The notes under the pieces: generated by a model | The model's database searches: none | The model's input: the letters and a program-made list of their open reading frames with translations, nothing else | Told to the model about the DNA's origin: nothing | Source: Candidatus Hydrogenedentota bacterium | GTDB taxonomy: Bacteria; Hydrogenedentota; Hydrogenedentia; Hydrogenedentales; SLHB01 | DNA: 21,045 nt | Assembly (NCBI GenBank): GCA_045863335.1 | Contig: BTVY01000066.1 | Span: 6,100-27,144 of the forward strand | Direction: 5' to 3' | Part shown: in pieces, positions 7,070-14,954 of the stretch | Position numbering within the stretch: position 1 is the stretch's first letter | Layout of the letters: every line of letters begins with the position of its first letter | Translations under genes and position numbers: made by a program

Positions 7070-7102
7070 GGACTCCAGACTAAAGACTCCAGACTAAAGA
7101 CC
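7070..7102. repeat. Heptamer array AGACTNN x~5 (right end of the cassette, inverted relative to 6547-6574)
   Basis: GGACTCC-AGACTAA-AGACTCC-AGACTAA-AGACC; AGACT is the reverse complement of AGTCT. Confidence 0.85.
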
Positions 7103-7106
7103 ATTC

Positions 7107-7135
7107 TTGACTCTTCGCGCCTCCCTCGCCATAAT
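7107..7135 (+). promoter_or_regulatory. Sigma70-type promoter of the protease operon
   Basis: TTGACT (7107-7112), 17-bp spacer, CATAAT (7130-7135). Confidence 0.7.
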
Positions 7136-7290
7136 GATTCCGGTGTGCCAGATCGCTGCAAACGAACGTTTTATGGTTACGGGCTGCCCACCGAACGAAT
7201 CGGGACAGGCCCGCCTCCCCATGGACTGGCAAGCGTCGCACGCACCTGTTGGTGTTAGATAACCCTCACCCAACCCACAAGGATGCTCCC

Positions 7291-9357
7291 ATGAAGTTTC
7301 GACCGTACCGGACGGCGCTACGCCTACCCGTGATTTGTGTGTTACTGCTGCTCGCCACTTCTCCCGTGATGGCTCAGGACGTCCCGGACTCGGTCCGGTC
7401 GGCGGTGGACGTGGCCATCGCGAAGGTGAAACCGGCACTCGTGCGCATTGCGGTGGTCTGGACGGACTACCGGGACGGGCGCGAGACGAAGTACGAGGCC
7501 ACAGGCAGTGGCACGATCATCACAGGCGAGGGTCACGTGGTCACCAACCATCACGTGGCGGGCCACGCCACGCGCATGTTTTGCACCCTCTCTACCCGGG
7601 AGGTGATCGAGGCCGAATTGGTCGGCACCGATCCTCAGACGGATATCGCGGTGATCAAGCTGAAGTCGGATGGGTCGCGCATTTTCCCGACGGCGTCGTT
7701 CGGTGATTCCGACGCCATGCGGGTGGGCGACTATGTGTTGGCGATGGGGAGCCCCATGGCGCTCTCGCAGTCGGTGACGCTCGGCGTAATCAGCAACACC
7801 GAACTCGTCATGCCGGGCGGCATGGGACGCTTCGGCGCCTTTACCCTTGACGGCGAAGACGTGGGTTCTCTGGTTCGCTGGATTGGACATGACGCGGCCA
7901 TCTACGGCGGCAACTCCGGCGGTCCCCTGGTAAACCTTCGCGGTCAGATAGTCGGAGTAAACGAAATTCGCATCGGACTCGGCGGCGCGATCCCCGGCAA
8001 CCTCGCGCGCAACGTCGCGAATCAAATCATCGATCGTGGTGAAGTATCGCGCGCGTGGCTTGGGCTCTCCGTACAACCGCAATTGCGTTCCGCTGATGTC
8101 CGGCGCGGCGTGCTCGTACGCGATGCTCTGACCGATTCGCCGGCCGCCCGCGCCGGCTTTGAGTCGGGCGACTTGCTCATCCGGCTGGGTGGCCAGGAAG
8201 TCAGCGTTCGTTTTGAAGAGCAATTGCCCGAGTTCAACGCGTTGATCGCCGGGTTGAAGATCGGCGAGCCCATCGAAGCCGTGGTACTGCGCGACGGAAA
8301 AGAAGTCACGCTGAATGTTACCCCCGAGCGGTACGAGAAGGTGGAGCCGAAGGAGCAGGAGTTTAAGCAGTGGGGGATTACTGGGCGCGACATTTCCTTC
8401 GTCAACGCGAAAGAAATGCAGCGCGACACGACCGACGGCGTATATGTGACGACCATGGGTCCCGGCGGTCCCGCGGGTGAAGCGAAGCCGCCGATCAGCC
8501 GGGGCGATGTCATCGTCTCCGTGAACGGCGAGAAGGTCACCGACGTCGCAGGACTGCGCGATATCACGGAGCGTCTGACGGAAGGCCAGACGGAACCGAC
8601 GCCGGTGCTGGTCGAGTTCGAACGGAAGGCTTCGAAGTTTGTGACGGTCGTGAAAGTCGGAATCAAGGAACCGCCCGATCCCGCCATGGAAGTGCAAAAG
8701 GCGTGGCTCCCCGTGAGTACGCAGGTGATTACGCGCGACATGGCCGAACAACTCGGCCAGCCGGACCTCACGGGCCATCGCGTGATCCAGGTGTACCCCG
8801 GAACGACCGCCGAAGCGGCCGGGCTTCAGGTCGGCGACTTGATCTACGCGGTGGATGGCGAGCCTATGCAGGCGACGCGTCCCGAAGACTACGAAGAACT
8901 GGAGACCTGGATTCGTCAGTATAAGATCGGCACGGTCGCAGAACTTGGTGTCGTCCGCAATGGCGAGAAAAAGACTATATCGGTCGAATTGACCACGACG
9001 CCGAGGCTGAGCCGGGAGATGCAGTCGTTCGAAGATCTCAACTTCGAGTTCACCGCCCGGAATATCACGTTTCTCGATAAGGTCAACGAAAAGTGGGACC
9101 TCGACAAGACGGGCGTACTCGTCACAAAAGTGGAGCCCGGCGGATGGGCGGCGCTCGGTGGCCTGGACGTGAGCGACTTGATTATCAGTATCGACGGGGT
9201 GTCTATCCCGGATGTGGAGGCCCTCCAAGCCAAGATGAAGGGCATCACCGACGAGGAAGTCGAAAGTGTGGTGTTTCTTGTAGAGCGCGGCATTCATCGC
9301 GCGTTTCTCGAGTTTGAACCCGAATGGGACGCCGCGGTGTCTCAAGGAAAGGAGTAG
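7291..9357 (+). CDS. HtrA/DegP-like periplasmic serine protease with four PDZ domains
   Basis: Signal peptide; triad motifs 'VTNHHV', 'TDIAV', 'GGNSGGPL'; four PDZ-like blocks ('SPAARAGFESGD', 'GPAGEAKPPISRGD', 'TTAEAAGLQVGD', 'GWAALGGLDVSD'). ATG 7291 follows AAGGA. Confidence 0.92.
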   Translation: MKFRPYRTALRLPVICVLLLLATSPVMAQDVPDSVRSAVDVAIAKVKPALVRIAVVWTDYRDGRETKYEATGSGTIITGEGHVVTNHHVAGHATRMFCTLSTREVIEAELVGTDPQTDIAVIKLKSDGSRIFPTASFGDSDAMRVGDYVLAMGSPMALSQSVTLGVISNTELVMPGGMGRFGAFTLDGEDVGSLVRWIGHDAAIYGGNSGGPLVNLRGQIVGVNEIRIGLGGAIPGNLARNVANQIIDRGEVSRAWLGLSVQPQLRSADVRRGVLVRDALTDSPAARAGFESGDLLIRLGGQEVSVRFEEQLPEFNALIAGLKIGEPIEAVVLRDGKEVTLNVTPERYEKVEPKEQEFKQWGITGRDISFVNAKEMQRDTTDGVYVTTMGPGGPAGEAKPPISRGDVIVSVNGEKVTDVAGLRDITERLTEGQTEPTPVLVEFERKASKFVTVVKVGIKEPPDPAMEVQKAWLPVSTQVITRDMAEQLGQPDLTGHRVIQVYPGTTAEAAGLQVGDLIYAVDGEPMQATRPEDYEELETWIRQYKIGTVAELGVVRNGEKKTISVELTTTPRLSREMQSFEDLNFEFTARNITFLDKVNEKWDLDKTGVLVTKVEPGGWAALGGLDVSDLIISIDGVSIPDVEALQAKMKGITDEEVESVVFLVERGIHRAFLEFEPEWDAAVSQGKE

Positions 9358-9360
9358 TTC

Positions 9361-10263
9361 ATGTTTCGACGCATGATGAATGTGGCGCCCGCATTGGCGT
9401 TCCTGGTCTGCACCGCATCCGTGTCGGCGGACGAACTCGCGACGCAGGGCCGGCAGGTGCTCGACCAGAATAAGGAAAGCGTGGTCACCATCAGTCTCGT
9501 GATCAAGCAACAGTTTTCCATGTCCGGTTTCGGTTCCCAGGATCAGGAGTCGAAAGAAGAAGTCACGGGCACGGTCATCGATCCCTCGGGGTTGACGGTT
9601 GTTGCACTCAGCACGACGGACCCGACCAGCATGATTCAAAGCATGATGGAAATGTCCGGCGAAGACACGCAGGGCTTCCAGATGTCCAGCACCGTGACGG
9701 ATCTTAAGATCCTCATGGATGACGGTACCGAGATCCCGGGGCAGATTGTGCTGCGCGACAAGGACCTCGACCTGGCCTTCATCCGGCCGAAGGAGCCGCT
9801 GGCCAAGCCGATTCCCGCTGTGGATCTGGCCGGTGCGGGCGCGCCGGAAGTGCTGGACCCGGTGTTCACCATTTCAAAACTGGGTCGCGTGGCGGGCCGC
9901 GAGTATGCGGTGTCCATCGAGCGGGTCAATTCGATTGTGACCAAGCCGCGCACCTTCTACATACCGGGCAACGATCCGACCCAGACGGACCTGGGGTCGC
10001 CAGTTTTCACGACCGATGGAAAAGTGGTCGGTGTGTTCGTGATGCGTACCGTTAAAGGCGCGGGCGGCGGCATGATGTCCATGATGCGCGGCATGTCCGA
10101 CACCTCTATGGCCATCATCGTGCCGGCAGAAGACATCTCCGAGATCGCCGCGCAAGCGCCGGAGAAGGGCGAAGAACCCGAAGCGCCCGCAGAGGAACCC
10201 GCAGCGGAGGAACCGGCAGAAGGCGCGGAAGATGCCGCAGCGGAAGAAGGCGGAGAAGGCTAG
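9361..10263 (+). CDS. Secreted trypsin-like (HtrA-fold) protein, predicted catalytically inactive, acidic tail
   Basis: 'TGTVIDPSGLTVVALS', 'DKDLDLAFI' and 'TDLGSPVFTTDGKVVG' align with HtrA motifs, but His and Ser are replaced. Signal peptide; AAGGAG RBS. Confidence 0.8.
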   Translation: MFRRMMNVAPALAFLVCTASVSADELATQGRQVLDQNKESVVTISLVIKQQFSMSGFGSQDQESKEEVTGTVIDPSGLTVVALSTTDPTSMIQSMMEMSGEDTQGFQMSSTVTDLKILMDDGTEIPGQIVLRDKDLDLAFIRPKEPLAKPIPAVDLAGAGAPEVLDPVFTISKLGRVAGREYAVSIERVNSIVTKPRTFYIPGNDPTQTDLGSPVFTTDGKVVGVFVMRTVKGAGGGMMSMMRGMSDTSMAIIVPAEDISEIAAQAPEKGEEPEAPAEEPAAEEPAEGAEDAAAEEGGEG

Positions 10264-10267
10264 AACC

Positions 10268-11404
10268 GTGAACCGATTCAAGACGCAGTATTCAGGCTCC
10301 GCGGCGATTCTAGTTGCCGCGGGGCTTTGCCTTGTGTTTGCCGCAGGCGCGGGCGTCGTTCAGGACGAGTCGTACACCGTTCTCGAACTCCCTCCCGGCG
10401 ACGGCAACCCGCGCAACTCCGAAGGCGATTTCATTCAACTCAACGACGGACGAATCTTGTTCGTCTATACCCATTTCACGGGCAGCGGCAGCGATTTCGG
10501 CGCGGCCCATCTTGCGAGCCGCGTTTCCGAAGACGGGGGCGCGACTTGGTCGTCGGAGGACGTCGTCGTCGTGCCGAACGACGCCGGCATGAACGTCATG
10601 TCCGTTTCGCTGCTCCGCTTGGCGGATGGCCGGATCGCCTTGCTCTATCTGCGGAAGAATTCCAAAGGGGATTGCCGCCCACTGATTCGTTTCTCCTCTG
10701 ACGAAGCGCAATCCTGGAGCGATCCGGTATCCATCATCGATACGATGGGCTACTTCGTCGTGAACAACGACCGGTTGTTGCAATTGCAGAACGGACGTCT
10801 GGTGGTTCCGGCAGCCCGCCACAGTCTTCCCGGCGCGGAGTTTCAGTCGCGCGGTTCGGCGCTGTGCTATCTTTCGGACGACAGCGGCCAGACGTGGCGT
10901 GCCAGCGAGACCGTGTTGGAGGCGCCCGAGGGAAGTAGGAGCGGACTTCAAGAACCCCTCGTCGTAGAACTTCAAGACGGCAGCTTGCGGATGCTGTGCC
11001 GGACCGATCAGGGCTGTCAGATGGAGTCCTTCAGCGCGGACGGCGGCAACACGTGGTCTCCGGTCGCAACGACGGACATCATTTCTCCCGTATCGCCGGC
11101 CACGGTGGAGCGCGTCCCCGGCCAGGATGCCCTGTTGCTCGTCTGGAACGATCATCGCGGCATCGCACCTGAACTCGCCGGGAAACGTACGCCTCTCGTT
11201 GCGGCGATTTCCCGCGATGACGGCGCTACCTGGGAGAACCGGACGGTGCTCGAAGACCTGCCCACGGGCTGGTATTGCTATACGGCTATGTTCTTCAGCG
11301 GAGACTACGTGTTTCTCGGGTACTGCGCAGGCGACACCTCCGTCGAGGGCGGATTGGACCGGGCACGGATTGTCCGCATCCCGATCAAACGACTGATTCC
11401 ATGA
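10268..11404 (+). CDS. Secreted BNR/Asp-box beta-propeller protein (sialidase-like)
   Basis: Five Asp-boxes: SEDGGATW, SSDEAQSW, SDDSGQTW, SADGGNTW, SRDDGATW; also 'QEP', 'RTPL', 'YCY'. Hydrophobic N-terminus; GTG 10268. Confidence 0.85.
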   Translation: MNRFKTQYSGSAAILVAAGLCLVFAAGAGVVQDESYTVLELPPGDGNPRNSEGDFIQLNDGRILFVYTHFTGSGSDFGAAHLASRVSEDGGATWSSEDVVVVPNDAGMNVMSVSLLRLADGRIALLYLRKNSKGDCRPLIRFSSDEAQSWSDPVSIIDTMGYFVVNNDRLLQLQNGRLVVPAARHSLPGAEFQSRGSALCYLSDDSGQTWRASETVLEAPEGSRSGLQEPLVVELQDGSLRMLCRTDQGCQMESFSADGGNTWSPVATTDIISPVSPATVERVPGQDALLLVWNDHRGIAPELAGKRTPLVAAISRDDGATWENRTVLEDLPTGWYCYTAMFFSGDYVFLGYCAGDTSVEGGLDRARIVRIPIKRLIP

Positions 11405-11515
11405 CCGCGGATCGGCGGAAATGTTTTGCGCGTAGCGGCTGTTGCGTATCCGTAAGTGGTTGGCACGGTGAAGTCGCCTGCCCGGCACGATTCAGTACCT
11501 AGCGCGGGTTACGAA

Positions 11516-12256
11516 ATGGAGCAATTGGCTGGAAAAACGGCCCTCGTCACGGGTGCGGCACATCGGATTGGGCGGGCCATTTCGACTGCCCTGGCCGAAG
11601 CGGGCGCTAACGTCGTGATCCACTACCGTTCGTCCGGCGAGGATGCCGACCGCTTGGCGTCGGAATTGGCCGAGTTGGGCGCGAAGACGTGGTCCGTACA
11701 AGGCGACCTCGGCGATTCGGAACAAGCGAGCGCATTGATTTCGTCCGCGCATCGCGTTGCCGGCGCGCTCGACATTGTTGTTAACAACGCGTCGATCTTC
11801 CCGGAATCGACGCTCCGTGATTTCACGCGGACGCAGTTGCAGGAGAGTGTCGACGTTAACGCGTTGGGGCCGTTTCTGATTGCACGGTCCTTTTACGAAA
11901 CCGGCGGGCAAGGCGTCGTCATCAATCTGCTGGATTGCATGATCGCCGATTACGATCGCAAGCACGTCGCCTATCACTTGAGCAAGCGTATGCTGTTTTC
12001 CTTGACGCGCATGATGGCCGTGGAGTTTGCGCCGTCCGTGCGTGTGAATGGTGTGGCGCCAGGTCTGGTATTGCCGCCTGCCGGGAAGGATGAATCTTAT
12101 CTTGCGGGGCTCGCGTCATCGAACCCGCTGAATACCTACGGGAATGTTGACGATGTAGCCGAGGCAGTGTTGTTCCTGGCGCGGAGCACTTTCGTGACGG
12201 GCCAGGTTATCTACGTGGACGGCGGACGCAACTTGCGAGGCGCGATGTATGGCTGA
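11516..12256 (+). CDS. folM: Pteridine reductase-type SDR (FolM/PTR1-like)
   Basis: 'TGAAHRIG' (the TGxxxRIG variant of pteridine reductases), 'NNAS', 'YHLSK', 'VRVNGVAPG', 'TGQVIYVDGG'; first gene of a pterin cluster. Confidence 0.75.
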   Translation: MEQLAGKTALVTGAAHRIGRAISTALAEAGANVVIHYRSSGEDADRLASELAELGAKTWSVQGDLGDSEQASALISSAHRVAGALDIVVNNASIFPESTLRDFTRTQLQESVDVNALGPFLIARSFYETGGQGVVINLLDCMIADYDRKHVAYHLSKRMLFSLTRMMAVEFAPSVRVNGVAPGLVLPPAGKDESYLAGLASSNPLNTYGNVDDVAEAVLFLARSTFVTGQVIYVDGGRNLRGAMYG

Positions 12257-12626
12257 ACGAATCCTGGATCAGATACACATTCGCGATCTCACGTGCCGGT
12301 GTATTGTCGGGATCAATCCTGAAGAGCGAACGAATCTTCAGGATGTTATCATCAACCTGACGCTTCATGCCGATCTTCGCGAAGCGTGTGCGACCGATCG
12401 TATCGACGATACGATCGACTACAAGTCGGTCAAGTTGGCCGTGCTCGCCATGGTCGAGGAATCCTCCTATTATCTGGTGGAGCGGTTGGCGGAGCGGATT
12501 GCGGAGGTTTGCCTTCAGGATACGCGTGTCGAGGCGGTCCGCGTGAGTGTGGACAAACCGGGAGCGTTACGCTTCGCGCGCAGCGTGGCAGTGGAGATTT
12601 TCCGGGAGCGTGCAAGGAAGCGCTGA
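12249..12626 (+). CDS. folB: Dihydroneopterin aldolase/epimerase family (FolB/FolX, T-fold)
   Basis: 'IVGINPEER..LQDVIIN', 'TIDY', 'LVERLA', 'VDKPGALRFARSV'. FolB versus FolX cannot be resolved by eye. Confidence 0.85.
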   Translation: MAERILDQIHIRDLTCRCIVGINPEERTNLQDVIINLTLHADLREACATDRIDDTIDYKSVKLAVLAMVEESSYYLVERLAERIAEVCLQDTRVEAVRVSVDKPGALRFARSVAVEIFRERARKR

Positions 12627-13152
12627 TACTTCGGAACCTGCGGATGTTTTCGTGTCACTCGGATCGAATATCGATCCGGAACGAAACGTCCCTGCGGCGC
12701 TTGAGTTGCTCGCTCGGCAGGCCCGGCTAGTCGATGTGTCGACCATCTACCGGACGCGCCCCCTGGATCGGCCGGAGCAAGGCATGTACTTGAACGGCGT
12801 CTGCCGGATTCGGACCAATCTTCCGCCTCGCGTGTTGAAATTTGATTGTCTCCGCAAGGTGGAGGCGGCGCTGGGTCGCGTTCGAACCGAAGACGCCTTC
12901 GAAGCGCGGACGATAGATTTCGACATCGTTCTTTATGGCGACCGCGTAATTCGGGAGGCGGACTTATTTGTCCCCGACCCGGAAGTTGCAATTCGGCCCT
13001 TCGTAGCCCTTCCGCTATTTGAGCTGGCGCCGGATACGCAGATGCCGGATACCGGGCGGCCACTGCGGGAGATTGTTCGCGAGATGTCGCGGGATGATCT
13101 GATCGCCGATATCCCGTTTACGAAAGCATTACGAGCGAGGTTGGAGCTATGA
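12610..13152 (+). CDS. folK: 2-amino-4-hydroxy-6-hydroxymethyldihydropteridine diphosphokinase (HPPK)
   Basis: 'VSLGSNI', 'YLNGV', 'VEAALGRVR', 'RTIDFDI', 'RPFVALPL'. Start GTG 12610 is tentative. Confidence 0.92.
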   Translation: MQGSADTSEPADVFVSLGSNIDPERNVPAALELLARQARLVDVSTIYRTRPLDRPEQGMYLNGVCRIRTNLPPRVLKFDCLRKVEAALGRVRTEDAFEARTIDFDIVLYGDRVIREADLFVPDPEVAIRPFVALPLFELAPDTQMPDTGRPLREIVREMSRDDLIADIPFTKALRARLEL

Positions 13153-13715
13153 ACCTGGAACGTGTGGAACAACTGGTCCGAGAACTACTCGTCGAAATCG
13201 GCGAGGATCCTAACCGGGAAGGACTGCTTAAAACACCCCAGCGCGTTGCGCATGCCTACGAGTTTCTCACCTCCGGCTACCGGACGGACCTCGACGAAAT
13301 CGTCAATGGGGCCGTCTTCGAGTCGCACGCGAACAACATGATCATTTCGCGTGACATCGAAGTCTACAGCATGTGCGAGCACCACATACTGCCTTTCTTT
13401 GGAAAGGCGCACATCGGCTATATCGCCCACAAGAAGCTGCTCGGACTCAGCAAACTCTCGCGCATCGTCGACTACTACGCGCGCCGGCTGCAGATTCAGG
13501 AACGCCTCACCGCGGAAGTCGCCAATGAGATCATGAACGTGACTGGCGCCGAAGGTGTCGGCGTGGTGATGGAATGCCGGCACATGTGCATGATGATGCG
13601 CGGCGTCGAGAAGCAAAACTCCATCATGACGACGTCAACCGTGCTCGGGAGTTTCCTTGAAGAAGACGCCGCCCGCATGGAATTTCTGAGTCTCATCGGC
13701 CGGCAAGTTACGTGA
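13149..13715 (+). CDS. folE: GTP cyclohydrolase I
   Basis: '[11 protein letters not shown]', '[10 protein letters not shown]', 'GLSKL', 'RRLQIQERL', 'HMCMMMRG'; ATGA overlap with folK. Confidence 0.97.
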   Translation: MNLERVEQLVRELLVEIGEDPNREGLLKTPQRVAHAYEFLTSGYRTDLDEIVNGAVFESHANNMIISRDIEVYSMCEHHILPFFGKAHIGYIAHKKLLGLSKLSRIVDYYARRLQIQERLTAEVANEIMNVTGAEGVGVVMECRHMCMMMRGVEKQNSIMTTSTVLGSFLEEDAARMEFLSLIGRQVT

Positions 13716-13730
13716 GCCAAGTGATCTGCA

Positions 13731-14726
13731 TTATTTCGTCTGCCAACGGTCACCGTCTTCCAACACACTCGCCGGTCCGGTCCCGTTGAGCCAGTCGCGT
13801 GCGGCGTCATCGTCGCGCAGGATTGCATCCCAGAAGGCGGTGCTGACGGCGAGGATAGCGCGGTGGTGGTTCGGGTTTCGCGGGTTCGAATCGCCGGGCA
13901 GCGCCCGATCGGTGAACGCAGCGTGTTCGGCGCCGTTCAAGACCAGTTCATATTTGTCACCCGGAGGCAGCGCGGGGTAGACCGCCAATCTCGATGCCAG
14001 ATCGATACCGCCAATCCTCGCGACGTCGTTTGTGCCGGTCATCAGCATCCACGGGATTGCCACTTGGCCGAAGGCCTGTTCCGGCTTGCCTCGCCGCGGA
14101 CTGCTGGGGCTGAACGCAATGGCGGCCTTGATGCGCGGATCGGTGAAGGCCCGATTACCGCGTGCGGTTGACTGACCGCTGACCGCTTGCGTTGTGATAG
14201 CGCCAAAGGAATGCCCGGACATGCCGACGCGGCTCAAGTCCAGGCGACCCGCCAAGGGATGATCGGGGCTTTGATTCCACGCATCGAGCTGATTGATTGC
14301 GGCGGGCACGTCTTTCACGCGCAGGAGGTAATTTTCCAAATTCGCTGCATCCTGTAACGCCGTCATGCGGACTTCGGGCCCTTCGTTCCGCCACACCGAA
14401 GTGTCGCTTCCCGGATGTTGCAGAAACACGCAAACGTACCCGCGCTTCGCCCAGTGCTCGCCGAGATACACGCAGCCTTCTCGAGATCCGCCCAGCCCGT
14501 GACTGAACAAGATGACTGGCGCGGGTGCATCGTCTGTGGGCAGATAGACCCGTATTGGGATTTTCCGCTCCCGATCGTCATCGTGTACGTCGAAATCGCG
14601 CTGGCCGGGTTGCCTATCGGATACGGTCAACGGATTGTATGCACGCTGCGAATGCTGTGCGAACGCCGCGCTCGCGCATAGCATGATGGCGGAGCATAAG
14701 ACGCGGAAAAGTGTCGTGCGATTCAT
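13731..14726 (-). CDS. Secreted alpha/beta hydrolase (dienelactone hydrolase/PAF-AH-like)
   Basis: Signal peptide ending AFA; 'FSHGLGG', 'LQHPGSD', nucleophile 'GHSFG', 'TGTND', 'GAEH'. ATG 14726 follows AAGGGAG. Confidence 0.88.
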   Translation of the reverse strand: MNRTTLFRVLCSAIMLCASAAFAQHSQRAYNPLTVSDRQPGQRDFDVHDDDRERKIPIRVYLPTDDAPAPVILFSHGLGGSREGCVYLGEHWAKRGYVCVFLQHPGSDTSVWRNEGPEVRMTALQDAANLENYLLRVKDVPAAINQLDAWNQSPDHPLAGRLDLSRVGMSGHSFGAITTQAVSGQSTARGNRAFTDPRIKAAIAFSPSSPRRGKPEQAFGQVAIPWMLMTGTNDVARIGGIDLASRLAVYPALPPGDKYELVLNGAEHAAFTDRALPGDSNPRNPNHHRAILAVSTAFWDAILRDDDAARDWLNGTGPASVLEDGDRWQTK

Positions 14727-14954
14727 CGTGTGCTCCCTTCTGGTAACGATTCCGTCGGGTAACCGCTGCCTGTTAAACACCGGAACGAGCCGGATGGTTA
14801 CGGTTGCGGATGATCGGCGTCGCGAAACAAGGCAGTGGCCGGGTCGTTGTAATGCGCCGCGCAGGAACCTATCATGTGGCACCGCCGCGCGCCAATGATC
14901 GTAGAGCCGCGCGCGTCATGGCGAACGTGGTAAGGGAAGACACGAGGTGCGGTT

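Noticed and set aside
7342-9639. 765-aa ORF on the minus strand
   Set aside because: It is the antisense shadow of the protease genes, expected from high-GC codon bias, and has no recognisable motifs.
10171-10260. Repetitive GAAGAACCC/GCGGAAGA sequence
   Set aside because: It encodes the low-complexity E/A/P tail of the protein and is not an independent DNA repeat.
14770-14810. Possible ECF-sigma promoter motifs (GGAAC..GTT on +; GTAACC..GTTT on -) in the divergent intergenic region
   Set aside because: The matches are short and degenerate and cannot be told from chance without TSS data.
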